A stretch of DNA of 64,000 nt from Octopus bimaculoides (GCF_001194135.2 NC_068982.1:99792950-99856949); one strand, 5' to 3'. Shown: positions 25,530 to 40,990, counted from the stretch's first letter. Notes: generated from the sequence alone by a model not told the origin. Numbers and translations are program-made.

Positions 25530-25880
25530 TTATACAAGTAGCAAGCAATCTCTGAATGAGCAGTAGAATACACAAACAGGCAAGAATAGGCGAGGACATA
25601 CTGTTTCTATAACGACTGTAGTGGCTGGACAGTTTGACACATATCTGCTCATTTGAGGTGTTGTCATGGAGTACACGTTTGGTACTGGTTGACTGTTAGC
25701 TCTCTTCAGTTTAACCACCATCTTGACATGTTCTTTTTGTTCTATAGGATATCCAATAATCATCCTCCTCACCAAACAAGCTCAGTACGGTTGCTGATTC
25801 AGTTGTCAACAGCCTGACTATATTCAGGTTGTATTGGCTTACACATTTATTTGGAGTAGTTCTCTGGTTATCAGATCTTT
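25530..25880 (-). mobile_element. Possible decayed LINE RT fragment
   Basis: KPIQPEYSQAVDN (cf. FIDYSKAFDS), ELVW, VLHDNTS and SPIL remnants in RT order, with stops and frameshifts. Confidence 0.3.
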
Positions 25881-26057
25881 AGCTTGACTCTATCAATCTA
25901 TCTATCTATACAGACAGACAGTCAGACAGACAGACAGACGTAGATACATGTCTGTGTGTGTTGCTGAAGTAGGTTCCTGTCCCACAGACAGTTTTGGGCT
26001 TTTTCTATCTAATGGGTTTTAACTCAATATTTACATGCTATTATTTTTAGCTTTATG

Positions 26058-26275
26058 AAGGCAATGAGCTGGCAGAATCGTTAGCATGCTGGGCAAAATG
26101 CTTAGCAGCATTTCTTACAGCTTTGCATTCTGAGTTCAAAGTCTGCTAAGGTTGACTATGCCTTTCCTCCTTTTGGGGTTAATAAAATAAACACCAGTTG
26201 AACACTGGGGTCAATGTAACCAACTAGCCCCCTCCCCCAAAATCTCAGGCCTTGAGCATATAGTAGAAAAGATTA
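26058..26275 (+). mobile_element. SINE family A copy
   Basis: aaggcaatgagctggcagaatcgttagcatgctgggcaaaatgcttagc... Confidence 0.85.
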
Positions 26276-26347
26276 TTTATAGCTTTGTCTGCTTAGAGTT
26301 TCACTGTTCCAGAAAAGAATTGTGTGTGCGCGCATGCATGCGCATGT

Positions 26348-26381
<34 letters not shown>

Positions 26382-27377
26382 CAATGCAGTCACAGGCACA
26401 CAATGTTTAAATAAAAGATGAGACATACATACAATTTGGTGTAGAAACTAAATGAATGAAAATAGAACTGAATATATGTTGTGGGCGTTAAAAGTATTAA
26501 TAGGATAATTCAGCCTTGCATTACTCAGTTTCAGAGATGCAGATAAATGTCTAGTTCATCAGATATACAAAACCTGAGTGAGAAGAAATAAAAATGACTT
26601 CTGAATTCAAGTCACATGAAGAAGGTGGTGGATTAGCAAATGCAGATAATTCTATTTCTTTTATATATGGTATAGGAAACAGTCCAGCTGGTCTACAGTT
26701 TGTAGTATTTAACAATACAGCAACATCAGACTGGAACAGTAAGGAATATGTCTGCTGTTTCACATGACAAGGTTAGGAGTCTGATGGTGTCAGGTAACAT
26801 TTGAATATGCTAGCGACACCACATGGAAACTGGGTAGTGTGTTGTGTACAGCTGTTCTGTATGATGTATACTTAGCTGAGTATTAGCATTGATAGGTAAC
26901 TCTGGTAGTGTATGGAAGGGTAATAATCTTATTATGAACAAGCAGGGGTTGTTTACCCTGCAGTTGTGAAAGGGCCAGCAAGAATTAAGGTAGTTTTCCC
27001 AGAATATCATTAGTGAAAGTGTTGAAGTTCATTATTAGGGCATGTCATGGATAACAACTTTACAATAGATCAGTTTTCCCATTGGCAAATATTACAGGCT
27101 GTTGCAGAATATGGAGTTTCTCATAGAGGCAGAGTTGACAATTATGAGCTTCAGGTGAGCAGAGAGAAGCCCTCTCAAGAATGTCTCACAAGCTGTTGGA
27201 GTCTGTGACTCTGAAATCTCCAAATGAAGTATGACAGAGTGGTAGAGTAATGAAGTATGCTTTACAAACATGTGGTTCTGGGTCCCATCCGAAAATGCAG
27301 TACCATAGGTAAGTCACTTCATTCATAACCTCAGTTTGACCAATACTTTGAGAGTGGAATATTGTAGATGGAAACAA

Positions 27378-27492
<115 letters not shown>

Positions 27493-29233
27493 GAATGAAT
27501 GCTACTAGCAACATATAATTCAGTACAACCAGGGTAACATGTTTGGGTCATTAGTATTACAAGGTCAGAACGTTGGTATACACGGTTGGGTCATCTGCTA
27601 GAAATTGTAAGGATAATAGCAAAACCTGTAAAAGGATAGACAAACTCAGCATAAGGTCAACAGCTATCTAATAATAGTGCATAGTGATACAGAAATACTT
27701 ATGATGGTGAGACTTACTACAAGTGATGAGCAGACTTTATGCTCTTTAGCTATGATGAAGACAGTTTGTCTAAAAGAGACCCACTCCAAAGAAAAACCTG
27801 ACAAGTCAAGCTAAAATAACCTTTCATCTGCAACCATTTGTAATATCCAATAATCTTAGTGGTTGCTTTAGTTTTTTGGTGATTTTGCATTTGACCAAGA
27901 AAGCTATGTGGTGCTGTAAATGCCACATGTTCCTCTATAGATATTTTAGATTTTATTCATGCACAGATGCTGCTTGACAAAATAGTTGGTTCTCTTGCGT
28001 TTAACCATATTAAAATTATGTGACACCTGTTGAATAGTATATTCAGCTGGGCTAAAAAGTCATCTTAACTTTGCAGATCATTAATCAGCAATAGTCATAT
28101 GCCTCATGGGCAAAACAGCAATAAGTAAGCTCAAGGTGTTCCCAGGAACTCTGAGAAAAGATATCTCTTCTTCATAGGACAACCACGTCAGTGGAAGCAA
28201 CCCAACCAGAGATATGGATGGGAAGGCCAAATGTTTGTAGAGCACTGCATCTTGAGCAGTTTTCAGGGCAATCTTGATGACCTGGGTCTCTTTGAGTTAA
28301 CTTCTACTGTATATATGTACAAAACACCTCTTAGCTTTTGTTAAAGCATGTTTCTAGGCAAAGACACTACTGTGACCAAAGCTACACCAGAGATATAACT
28401 GGGCAGGAAGTCTGGGGTTTAGCAATCTTGAAAGGCAGCAGCACTAGGAAATGGACAAGTATAAACTCTTACTAACTGAGTACTTTCAAAGAGGTAAAGG
28501 CAAAAGGAATCAACTCCAACAGTAAATTGGGTCAGAAGAGAACTCTAACCCCGCTGATTCCAAAGAGATAATGGAAACACAATGAAAAGGCTACATCTGG
28601 AATCCCTCAATCTTCAGACATGCAGATGGGAATATTCACTCATTCATTCATGTATATGCATATGTTTCAGCAACTTATATCAGTGATGGGTGTAAACATC
28701 AGTAAGAAAAACAAATATCTGGAGCTTTTAAATAAAAATATCCTGAGCAGTATTTGTTCTCACCAAGTTGCCTTTACATTGTGCCAACATAAATGGAGCA
28801 AACTGGTGACTGACTTATTGGAAGCCTAGAACCAAAAACATTATTGTTCATCAATTACAATATAAATTAATAAAAATAAATAGTAACAGTGGTAGTGATT
28901 ACAATGATAAAAGAACTTAGTTAAGACACAACAGCATAGATCTGGCAATGTTTCTATTCAAACACAAAGCTAGACGGAAGGGCATGACTCCTATAAGAGG
29001 ATCAGTTAAAACAGTTCTTTTGGAACTGTTTGGAATATCAGAATAATTTGTATCATGATAACTTGAAGTATGAAAACATTGGAATGATTTCAGCATGCTA
29101 CCTCACATTAAAATGCATTACACATACATGCACACAAGCTACAGTATCTCAAGGCTGACACACTTCAACATTTAATATATCTACATACAAAAACTGTTTA
29201 CAAAAACAGTAAAGTGTAGTTTACACTTCGTTA

Positions 29234-29264
<31 letters not shown>

Positions 29265-29406
29265 CTATATATATGTAATGCTTCAGACAATAACAGTTAG
29301 GTCCACAACCTATGGGCAATTTCCCAGAGCAGAAAGATTAGGAATGAGAGTGGAATTGGTGCAATTAATGTTTCCTTTCTAAACTTTGAAGATTACTAAA
29401 CATGTG

Positions 29407-29541
29407 CATCATCATCATCATCGTTTAACGTCCGCTTTCCATGCTAGCATGGGTTGGACGATTTGACTGAGGACTGGTGAAACCGGATGGCAACACCAGG
29501 CTCCAGTCTGATTTGGCAGAGTTTCTACAGCTGGATGCCCT
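29407..29541 (-). mobile_element. Young RTE-type 3' end with (ATG)n tail
   Basis: Reverse complement of the 13795-13964 copy. Confidence 0.85.
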
Positions 29542-30189
29542 TTGTATATAAGAGAAGGAGGGTAGGAGAAGGTATAGAGTAGCCGAGAGATAACATATAG
29601 GGGAAATGGGTTCTAAAAAAGATGTGGTTTCAGAATGATAATGCATGTTGTTTGGAAGAAAGGAGGAGGACAGACATATGGATACAGAAAGATTGGGGAG
29701 AAGGAGAACAAAATAGGAAAAAGGGGAAAAATGAGGAACAGTGAGTAATGAAGACAAGAATTCAATAAATGAATGTAGTATGGAAGTTTAAGAAAGAATG
29801 AGCTGACACTACCTAATCCAGTACAGCAGACGTCATGAAAGAATGAGAACAACAAGGTCATGGATATTATCTTGGGGTGGGAGAAGGTTGATAATTAAGC
29901 AAATGATTTTGATTAAGCAAGATTGAAAATATTTTCACTAACATAAGAAAAGCAAAACACTCTTTATACAAGAAATTTTTAAATAAGTATGAACAAATTT
30001 CTTGTAACTATAACATTAACTTGAAAATGTTCTTTTATAGATTGAGAGTGAATGAATTGAAATTTCTGAAAGCCAAATATGCTGTTCATTTAAAATATTT
30101 TTACTGAAAAGAATATTCACCATTGTGTGCAACAGGAAATTCTTGGCAAACAATTTCTACAATCTTGGTTCCATTTCCCAGATCTCTTT

Positions 30190-30516
30190 TACTCTTTTAC
30201 TTGTTTCAGTCATTTGACTGCAGCCATGCTGGAGCACTGCCATTAGTCGAGCAAATCGACCCCAGGACTTATTCTTTGTAAGCCTAGTACTTATTCTGTC
30301 GGTCTATTTTGCTGAACCGCTAAGTTACGGGGACGTAAACACACCAGCATCGGTTGTCAAGCGATGTTGGGAGGACAAACACAGACACACAAACATATAC
30401 ATACACACACATATATATATATATATATACGATGGGCTTCTTTCAGTTTCCGTCTACCAAATCCACTCACAAGGCTTTGGTTGGCCTGAGGCTATAGTAA
30501 AAGACACTTGCACACT
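30190..30516 (-). mobile_element. SINE family B, 5' end lost in the gap
   Basis: gggcttctttcagtttccgtctaccaaatccactcacaaggctttgg matches the complement of the 7161 copy. Confidence 0.85.
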
Positions 30517-31245
30517 NNNNNNNNNNNNNNNNNNNNNNNNNNNNNNNNNNNNNNNNNNNNNNNNNNNNNNNNNNNNNNNNNNNNNNNNNNNNNNNNNNNN
30601 NNNNNNNNNNNNNNNNNNNNNNNNNNNNNNNNNNNNNNNNNNNNNNNNNNNNNNNNNNNNNNNNNNNNNNNNNNNNNNNNNNNNNNNNNNNNNNNNNNNN
30701 NNNNNNNNNNNNNNNNNNNNNNNNNNNNNNNNNNNNNNNNNNNNNNNNNNNNNNNNNNNNNNNNNNNNNNNNNNNNNNNNNNNNNNNNNNNNNNNNNNNN
30801 NNNNNNNNNNNNNNNNNNNNNNNNNNNNNNNNNNNNNNNNNNNNNNNNNNNNNNNNNNNNNNNNNNNNNNNNNNNNNNNNNNNNNNNNNNNNNNNNNNNN
30901 NNNNNNNNNNNNNNNNNNNNNNNNNNNNNNNNNNNNNNNNNNNNNNNNNNNNNNNNNNNNNNNNNNNNNNNNNNNNNNNNNNNNNNNNNNNNNNNNNNNN
31001 NNNNNNNNNNNNNNNNNNNNNNNNNNNNNNNNNNNNNNNNNNNNNNNNNNNNNNNNNNNNNNNNNNNNNNNNNNNNNNNNNNNNNNNNNNNNNNNNNNNN
31101 NNNNNNNNNNNNNNNNNNNNNNNNNNNNNNNNNNNNNNNNNNNNNNNNNNNNNNNNNNNNNNNNNNNNNNNNNNNNNNNNNNNNNNNNNNNNNNNNNNNN
31201 NNNNNNNNNNNNNNNNNNNNNNNNNNNNNNNNNNNNNNNNNNNNN
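30517..31245. other. Assembly gap
   Basis: Run of N. Confidence 0.99.
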
Positions 31246-31450
31246 GAAAAATAAAACAAGTGCAGAGAGGACACTGCAGACGTGGTTTTGCAAGCAAGTG
31301 AACTCTACTAAAGTGTGCTGTGCAGTGCATGGGAATAAATCAGTAATTGTTGACATAGTAACACTTACACAAAATTGGCTATAATGGAAATTGATGAAAC
31401 AATTGTAAATAATGTAGTAAAAGGAATTTGTTGACTCTATTCTTTGGTCC

Positions 31451-31482
<32 letters not shown>

Positions 31483-31999
31483 GATTGTGCAGTGACAGGA
31501 GAATGCAAGATTTCAGTTATATTGTAGTTCATATGATTCAAAGTAGACTGAAGATAACTATGCTATAAATGTTGATAGTACATTGTCTCATTAATCTTGA
31601 ATTATAGCATCAAAATTCTTTTGCAACAAGTCTAAACATGTTTACACATACAGCATCTTATGATTTACACATTGTTTTGGAGGCTCCTGAAATATTTTAT
31701 TATTATAAGTTTGGCAAGTTTAATGTTACAGCTAGTTTTGCCTAATATGTATATCATGAATTTTATAGCTCTGACAGTTTTTACTCTTATCAACTAATCT
31801 ATGATAAAGTGTATTCACTGCCATGCAAGTATCAAAAACACTGATAAGACTCTGGGGAGTTATAATATTTCAGTAAGCAAAATTGAAACCATTTCAAATG
31901 CTTTTCATCATTGTCACTCCACCCCTACCCCACGACTACCACCACCACTATCATTATCATTAATGGAACATGCTAAAAGGAATTAACAAACAGCTTTAA

Positions 32000-32130
32000 T
32001 ATTGGTTTCAAATTTTGGCACAAGGCCAGTAATTTATGGGAATGGGTAAGTTAATTACATCAACCCGTGTTCTACTGGTACTTAATTTATCAATCCTGAA
32101 AGGTAAAGTCAAGCTCAGTGGAATTTGAGA
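32000..32130 (-). mobile_element. Truncated SINE family A copy
   Basis: ttggtttcaaattttggcacaaggccag... is the complement of the family A 3' end. Confidence 0.7.
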
Positions 32131-34439
32131 AATGGTCTGTGTTATTGTTTTCATCCCTTCAATATAAATTGTAGCGTAAAGATATTCCTTAACCCTAGAT
32201 CAGTCCAGACTGAACAATCGTTCCTTTTTTATGATGAGGTACAATTTGAGGGAGTTTACTTACTATTTCTAGCAAGTCAAGCAACCACACAGAGGCTCCT
32301 TTGTTGGTTCAAAGAGTGTCACAAGCTGGTAGGCATAGTGACATGTTGAGATAAAATTTCTAACAGTATTTAGTTTTAACTACCTACATTTTGAGTTCAA
32401 ATCCCAACAATGTCAACTACACTTTCATCTTTCGATGACAGAGTGTCAATAAAATATGTACCAGTAATACACCAGTGTCAATTCAATCAACTGTTATTAC
32501 TTCTTTTAAAGAATTAGTGCTTAAGTGAGAGATCGATATTGATTTTAAATAAATAACATTTTTTTTTTTAACAAAAAATTGCTAGTTAACTTTTGAAGCT
32601 CCAAATGTAAAGTGTGTCTTGAGTCCCAGGATTCATAGTCTGTCTCAGGGTTACTTATTTACAACTGAGTGGGCTGGAGCAATGTAAAATGAAATGGTTT
32701 GCTCAAGAACACAAGACATTACCTAGCCCAGGAATAGAGAACATGATCTTGTAATCTTGTGTACAACAGGTTAACCACTAGGCCATATGCCTTCAAAGGT
32801 TCTAAAAGAGAGGACACAAATTCCTTGGGTTATATAAAGTAGTATTGGTTTAAGGTACCAGTAACTTAAGTAGCTTTTTCAAATGTCAAGTGCTGGGAGT
32901 TGGGTTGGAGTATTCAAGAATGTAATTTTGACTCATTCTTTTTTATTTTTTTCAATGTTCTTTCTTGCTGTAATGTATTAATGAAACAAATGAAAACACG
33001 TGAAAGAAGAAATATTTATTTACAGAGTACATTGAATTTGCCTTATGTGTCAGTAATATAATGGATGGTGTGGGGTATGGTGGCCAAGTAGCTAACATGT
33101 TAGGCTTATGACTTAAATATCACAGGTTAAAATCTTATGATATATACCATGTCATGGAAGTGACTCAACTACAAAATAGGTATCAGTTCCACACTATAGG
33201 AATAATTGGTTTTAGGAGAATCAAGTTATATTGCAGCTAAAATATCCAAATGTTTAAACTCAATTAACTAACATGAACATCATTGAATTAACTTCTATTT
33301 TTGATGTTGACATATTTTAGACTTTTCTGCTATTCAGTATCAACCTAAAGCATTTTTATAATGTGTCATCTCATAATGAAGGTGTCATGTTCACAGTTTT
33401 ATCCTAACTACATGGTTTGATTTTTCGTTTTCCTTCTTTTTCGAGTGGGGTGGGGGGCAGCTATTTTCCACAGTATTAAGAAAATAATACAAATGGTTCC
33501 CTCTGGCAGCTGTCATTAATACAAGGGAGATAAACATCCCCTCATAACATGAGGCAGGATTAGTAATTTGAAATTAAGGAATACAAAGAAGAACATGCAT
33601 AGGGTTCATATATTGAATGTTTTTATCTACTAAGAAGTGTGTAAATGGTGTGATGAACTTTCAATGCTGTGTCTACAATCCAGTTTCATTTCCTTATTGT
33701 AGGAATTTTCACTTATCTTATATCAGTAATAGACTCAAAACTTCTGATTAATAAACATTCCACTGAAGTAAAAAGGAGATAATCTTCCTATTGATGAATA
33801 CTGATAATTATAGTAGAGCAGGAAATACGGGTATTTGATAATAAACTACCCTTTTTGTCTTCTAATTTCTGTAATAATTCATAATTCCTGTTCACCTAAA
33901 ATCACAAGTATTAAAAGCCCCTGTCTAGTACATGCATTAGTGTAAGTAGTTACATTAACATATCAAACTAATGTATGTATAAGACAAGATAAATCAGTAC
34001 CAATAATAATTTATAGTTAATATTACTGGCTGCTGTGAAACATTTGTTCTAATAATTCATGCACTAAATTAAGTGAGAACTGGGAAAGATGTAAAATATA
34101 TTAGAATTATGGGGAGAATATTTGAAAGAGAGAGAGAGAGGGGGGAGGGAGGGAGAGAAACAAAGAGGAAAAGGAACAGAGATAGAAAGAAAGAATGGAA
34201 ATGTGTAAGAGGTGTAATGATATAGGACTATAGAGAGAAATGAGTTGGAGCCAATCTATTGGGTGTAGAACATGCATGTAAAAATGGAACACAAGTATGT
34301 TGGCAGAGCAGTTGGGCATTAGTCAGCACGTATGTAAAAGGGACAACAGCACTGGCATAGACAGGTTATGGAAAATGGAGAGAGAGAAACAACTGAGTGG
34401 AAGGTGCTAACTGTGGAAGGACCAGAACAAATTCCACAA

Positions 34440-34615
34440 AGCATTTTTATGTGATGGTGCCACATAAGTAGTTTGTGTTAGGAAGAGCATCCAGCTCTGG
34501 AAACAACATTAAAACAGACAATGAGACTTGATGTGACTCCTAGCCTTACCAGCTCCTGCCAAACCATTCAACCCATACCAGCATGGAAAACGGATGTTAA
34601 ATGATGACGATAGTG
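34440..34615 (+). mobile_element. Older RTE-tail repeat copy
   Basis: ttaggaagagcatccagc...cccataccagcatggaaaacggatgttaaatgatga aligns with the 13.8-kb copy. Confidence 0.65.
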
Positions 34616-37600
34616 ATTCTGTCCAATGTTCTAACAATTCTAACAACCCACCTGGATTGGTACTTGTTTTTTATTAACCTGAGAACATAAAGAATTAGAA
34701 CAAATGCTGCAAAGAATTTTATCAAGCACTCTAACAATTCAACTAATCCATGCTGACTGCTCTTTCACACACATACACACTCACAGATGTATACATACAA
34801 CTGTTCCATGTGACCCAAGAATAGCTGACTAACTTACTTAACAGAAACTGGAGAGAAACACTCATCATACCAGCAGAAATGTTACAAAAACTCCAACAAC
34901 ATGGACAGGAAAACACATTACATTTCACTTAGAAGGAGAGGTCTCCACAATTCAGGAAAATACCTGATTGAAAAGGAGGTAAAGAACTCTCTAATGCGAC
35001 AGAAATTTTCATCTGTACTATAACTATATCATAAGCAGCTGCCTGCAAGGTATTACTTTCTCATTAGACATAGAATTTTGTAGCCAAAACTATAAAGTTA
35101 CCTGCAGGAAAAATTTTCCTGACAATCATATAGAAGGCATACCAGAACTAGAATGTATTCACACTTGAAAGTAAGAAATGCTGATGAAAGATTAAAAAAA
35201 AAAGTAACCCAGTGCAAACACAACAGACTTTCTATTATATGATGGGACAGGGAAAAAAAGTCATGCACTGTTGTGGAGGTTAGCTGTCAGCAGATATGAA
35301 TGTCTTATCTGAAGTTGCAGAAAAAGAGAATATCTAGGGTAAATTAATCTATAGCCAAGCTACAGCACTTGTATCAAGGCTGTAGATTCTAATTTCTATC
35401 ATCATAAGTAAATTGGGCTATGAAGCAACAGATTTTCATAAATGCTCAGAGTTTTCCAAGAAAGAATAAAGTAAACTGGTTCACATCAACCAAATCCAAT
35501 CAATTAGCAATACAGTGTAGATTTGTAAAACATTCTTGATTTGAGCTTCTTAGATTGAACATATATACACACTCACTTATGTTAATATGGTATACACACA
35601 TATATAGAGTAATCACATATACAGTCATGTACTAAAGAGACAGAGACATCTTTACATCAATTACAAACATATCAACAAATATACACAAATATATGCACAC
35701 ACTAACTCATTCACAGATTCACAAATGCCTTGAACTCCTTTGATTCAAAACAAAAGGGCTTTGTTTGTAACTAGCTTCAATTCAGCAAAGAACTTAAATA
35801 AATTACAAAAACAGAAAGACAGACATACATACAAGAGGAGGTGGGGTTTTTTATAGAGATAACACATAAAAGAAATGTGGAAGTTACTAGGATTACATTA
35901 ACTCCTTATAGAGGAAATACTTTTAATAATACAGAATATTTCACATGAACATTTTATTTTTAGAATATGTGATTAAGGTAATAAACTGACAACTTGTAAA
36001 TCACAAGTTCATATCCTGTAGTAGTTTTTACACAGTATTTTTGAGAGGGTAGGGCAATTATATTCTATTTTTTCCTACTTATCTTAGTTTACTTTACATG
36101 GAAGTTTAGTACCAGTTTGTCTAGAGGTTAATCTATGATAGAGTATCTCATCCAGAAGTAACTATGGTTATCATGAGTCAGTCTATGTTACAGAATCCAA
36201 GTAAAGATAAACTTTGGACATATGAGTCAACTATGACTAACTTCTATTACAAGAGAGTCTTTACAAAGTCAACCAAGTTGCAAGAAATAGCAATTAAATT
36301 ACCTTCAAATCATACCCTACTGATTTAATAAAGTAACGATACAATGGAAATGTAATCTTAGCCTGAAAAAAAAAAGACAATATGGTCACTTCTGCAATAC
36401 CTTTGATCATAAATTTGCTACATCAGGCCTGACCTAAATGCCAGTTTATGTTATTTTCTCCTCAGCTATTAACTGAAACTAAAGTGGGTTCCTCACCCCT
36501 CATCACAAAGGAATCTTTAAATACTTCTGGGAGTGAAAACAATAGAGATCTAAACACATTGGCTTTTTTTTTTAGATAAACAGAATACATAAAACAAAAC
36601 AAAAAAAGGAAATGATGATAAAGCAAGTGAACTTTGAGCAAGATAACAGTGTAAAATGAAACTCCCACTTTCAATGTTAAACTGATATTATACAAGATTT
36701 TTATTTTCATTTAATTTCATTTACAAGATAAGAAAGGTCAACTAAACAGAGACCACAAAATACACGTAAGATACACTACACATCACATTTTACAAATAAA
36801 AATAGTAACACTGCCATTTCAATATAATCTCTTACAAACTCTCTTTCTCTAGTTCTGTATTTTATATCATTCCTATCACTGTCATTAAAGTTTAATTTGC
36901 ATGCTAGCATGGAAAGGTTGGATGAATCTGCTACATAGTATAACATCATTTGTCAAGATTCTTTTTGAGCAGACATGGAAATTGGCAGAGTCATTAGAGC
37001 AGCAGGTGATATGCTTTGTGGTATTCATCCCAGTTTCTTGTATTCTGCATTCAAATGTTGCCAAAATCAACTTTGACTTTTTGTAAAAGTACTATTCCAG
37101 GTGAAGTGGTGAAATTGTTAGACCATAAGAAGCTTTGAAACATTTGTTCCATCTCTTTACATTGTAAGTTCAAATTCTCACATGGTAGACTTAATTAGTC
37201 CCCCAGTTTAACACTACCACCCAATCTTTGAGCATCTTTTGCAGACACTATTTTGTTGTAAGCATTCAGGCAAGATCTCTGGTTTGAAGATACCTTTCTC
37301 CTTTCCCTCCACCAGTACCAAAGATTCTGTAAAGGGTCTTGGACACTACTTTCACTCCTAACCAAGCAATGAAAAAATTTTAGAGATCTAACCTCACCAT
37401 TTTGCAAAAGGTACATCTACTGAAGAGAAATATCAAGGTATTCTCAAGTTTTTCTTCCTTGGTTCTCTGCAATGGATACATCTTTCCAAAATATAAACAA
37501 GGCCCTCTCAAGAATATAAAAGTTCATGCAAAACAAGATTGTGATAACTACTGATAAACAAGCTAAAAAAATTCAGAAATAATTACATAAAGATATTTTT

Positions 37601-40038
37601 CACTCTACATTTTTGTGTTCTCTGTATCTTTTCTAAAGTACACAGTGTTGTTGTAGAGAATACCCAGTCAACTTTACTTCAATAGATTTATGTTCTAGAA
37701 GTAACTGATCACAGAATCATGTGATCAGCATTCAAGGCATAGTTATATCCTATTTATAGTGTAGGTAAGTACACTGTCTTAATATTTCAGACTTGTACAA
37801 GTAGTCTCCATTTCAAAGACAGTAAAGAGATTGTTGAAGATTTGGCTATGTAGAAGCTTCACTGCTACTTTTAAGTGAACATATGTTGGACAAGCTGGCA
37901 AAATACAAAACAACACACCTCACCATGTATTTGTGTAAGGCTCTATTTTACTGAGGTCTCATCAAACTTCCTTACTCTACAAACCAAATGTTTATCAGTC
38001 TGTCTCTATTCCAGTCACTTTCCATTAATATCAAAGAAAAGATTTTCTACCATTTCCAAAATACTATATGCCAACAGAAATACAGGAATTGGACAAACTT
38101 TGAAATCAAACTGGTCTGATAAAATTTACTTTAAGCTATGTGAACTTCCATATTATTAACAGAGTTAGAAAACAAACAAGAATTTAATTTAGATTTCACT
38201 TCTTTCCAGTGATGGAAAAACAAGTGTAGAAAGGTAAATGAGTGGTTTATTTCTTTAAACAGGATGTTCTTTTTACAGAAAACAAATATGAAAATTGAAA
38301 ACAAGGCGGAAGACTACCATGTAAATATCTGCAAACAAGCATTCTGTCTGGCAGAATATATATAGACAGAGTGGAACAGAGTTTGAGTTGAGCGTTTCAA
38401 AACAAGGATTTCAAACACTGGCACAAGGCCATGAATTTCTGGAAAGAGGTGTAGTCAATTTAACCAACCCAATTTTATTACTGGTACTCATCAAACTTAG
38501 AAAGATGAAAAATAAAGTCAAAATGGTATAAATACAGCAAAGCATATTGTCCGGGACTCACCTATTCAGCTTTTCAAAATAATGGTTGCAGATATAGTAA
38601 CCATAAAGCATAAACTAATTATATTTTCATACTGGCATATACAGTTGACCCAATTGAGACTATAGCTATTTGTGAATAAATTCAAGTACAGAAGATGTGC
38701 TGAGAAGCTTCTATCCCAAAAAGAATGTTGATAACATTCAGTTGGAATGTTATAGCAACAATACTGCATTTCTTTCTGTTTTAGTTTTTGATCTTATTTC
38801 TTTTATATTTATATATAAAGGAAGAACTCTTCTGTACATAAAACAAGAGAAAGTTACTCTGAATAGAACGTAGAAAATATTTCAGTATTTTTTAATAAAT
38901 AATTATGATGAAGAATGTAACAGGGGGGTGGAGACTGACATAAATACAGGCACACACGTTAGATGCACGTGTGGGAACACAAATAGTGAAGCATTTAAAG
39001 ATGCTACTGTACTACAAACGAAACACAAAATATTTCAACAACCTAAATTTTCCTTTTATAGTACAAGATTATTTTGAGAAAATGTTTTATATAGATTACT
39101 ATTCTGGCAACAGGTAAACAGACAAATACAAATGCCCGTTGGTTAATCTAGCCATGTAATGTAATTTAAATACATTGAGAAAGGAAAAGAAATTTAAACC
39201 TAAATACAAGGTTTAGATATTGAAATATTTACCTGTCATCTGAGGTGATTTAAAAGGATTTCTCATCAGACTTACAGTAAATGTATTCCTCACAGTAAAG
39301 CATTAAATGAACTCTATCACCAAAGATAGTAGGAGAAGAAAGACTGTGTATGAGAAAGAGGCCAAACAGTGTAAAGCCAGAAAGCTTTGTAATCACAGCG
39401 GTAATGAGACTTCTAACTATTTATGAAATGGGTTGGATTTCTGTCAAACTATCAAGTAACTCAAAACACAGGTAGAAGTAAAGGTAGAGGGAGGACAGAA
39501 AATGTAAGCTAGGAATGAGTGCACTGGGTTTCATTGATAAGTACCTTAGTAATAAGGTAAAAAAATTATATGCCACATGCTCTTTCAATATATGCTACTA
39601 GTTAGTAACTGGCATTGAGGAGAAAATATGCAAAAATTCAGATACACAGGACAAATAACAGTTAAAAGTGATTATACATTCTAATATAATCATAAAAGCT
39701 AAGCTATTCACCCTCAGATAGAAATAACTATATATATGCATATAAGTGTATTGTGTGTGTGTGTGTGTGTGTGTACAAGTGCACATGCATGCATACAGGT
39801 TAATTACTTTAAACAATATTTCAAGGTGAGTTGAAGAGATTACAATTTAAGAAGGTTATATACTTTTAATACGTTTTTAAAATCTTAAAAATGTTTAACA
39901 CTCAATTTTAAAAGACTTGAACATACTTCAATTTTTTTTTTCTATACAAGTACAAATCTAATATTTTGTTTGGGAGAGTTGAGTAGAGTTGATAAAATCA
40001 GGTATCAGTGTATAACTGGTATTAATTATTCCTTAAAG

Positions 40039-40278
40039 CAATGTTTCTCATAGGAAGGATCCAGATCCCTCTAAGAGGGAACAGATGAATTGCCTACCAT
40101 GTTTAGTAAATGAGAGAGATTTTAACTTCATAAAACTAGTGCAGTACCATGGCAAAGATAGAAGAATTACATAACTGCAAGCTTTATTTTGTTTTTATAT
40201 TAATAAAGAAGGAAGACGACAAAAGATTCCATTAACATTTGTTGGGAATGCTGGGCTTTGTGAATTTGAGAACTACAA
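40039..40278 (+). mobile_element. Old hAT (Buster-type) MITE with intact 8-bp TSD
   Basis: ccttaaag at 40031-40038 and 40279-40286; decayed TIRs caatgtttctca / tgagaactacaa. Confidence 0.55.
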
Positions 40279-40959
40279 CCTTAAAGCCAGCCTTGGAAGC
40301 ATTTGAAATTAGAACATTGAGAAAATAAAACTACGTGAAGAAATAATGAAGTAATGGTAAAAATGTCTGGCACTATTGACGGTCAAAAGGTATCACTTTT
40401 TAATTACATAAATTTCATGTTTCTTCCATCAACTTAGATTAAGTTCACTTATGATGTCTTCTTCAGACAACCAAACCATGAATGTAGGTATCACAGTAGG
40501 TAAAATACTACCATAGTTTTATGTACAAACTTGTATGTAAGACCCTTTTAAGTTGTGTTTAAAATACCAGCTTGAAACACAATATATATATCTGTTTAGT
40601 AATGGCACATTTGAATATGGTTTGACAACAGAGCTACTAAAATGTGGCATAAACAAATATAGTGTAACAACCTAGAAAGTTTAAATTAATTTAATAGACT
40701 TCTTGCAAAAAGTAGGGATGTGTAAAGCTGAATTCTTAAACCATTAACATGATACAAAAATTATATAAAAAGTATAAAATTAAAGTGAAATTATATCACA
40801 GGTCTTTCACACCAAAACCCACTATACAGATATGCCAATGCTATAGTATGTGGTCTAAGACACATAGTTAAGAAAATGTGATAAAGTAAAGTGCATTTAA
40901 CTGGTTGGCAAGAAAGTTACCAAGATATATATAACTTGATAAACATTAATAGATGCACT

Positions 40960-40990
<31 letters not shown>

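Noticed and set aside
30454-31356. Longest ORFs in the track (248-300 aa) and similar X-filled ORFs at 11.5, 21.5, 57.7 and 60.3 kb
   Set aside because: They span N gaps. The gaps could hide real exons, but nothing can be read there.
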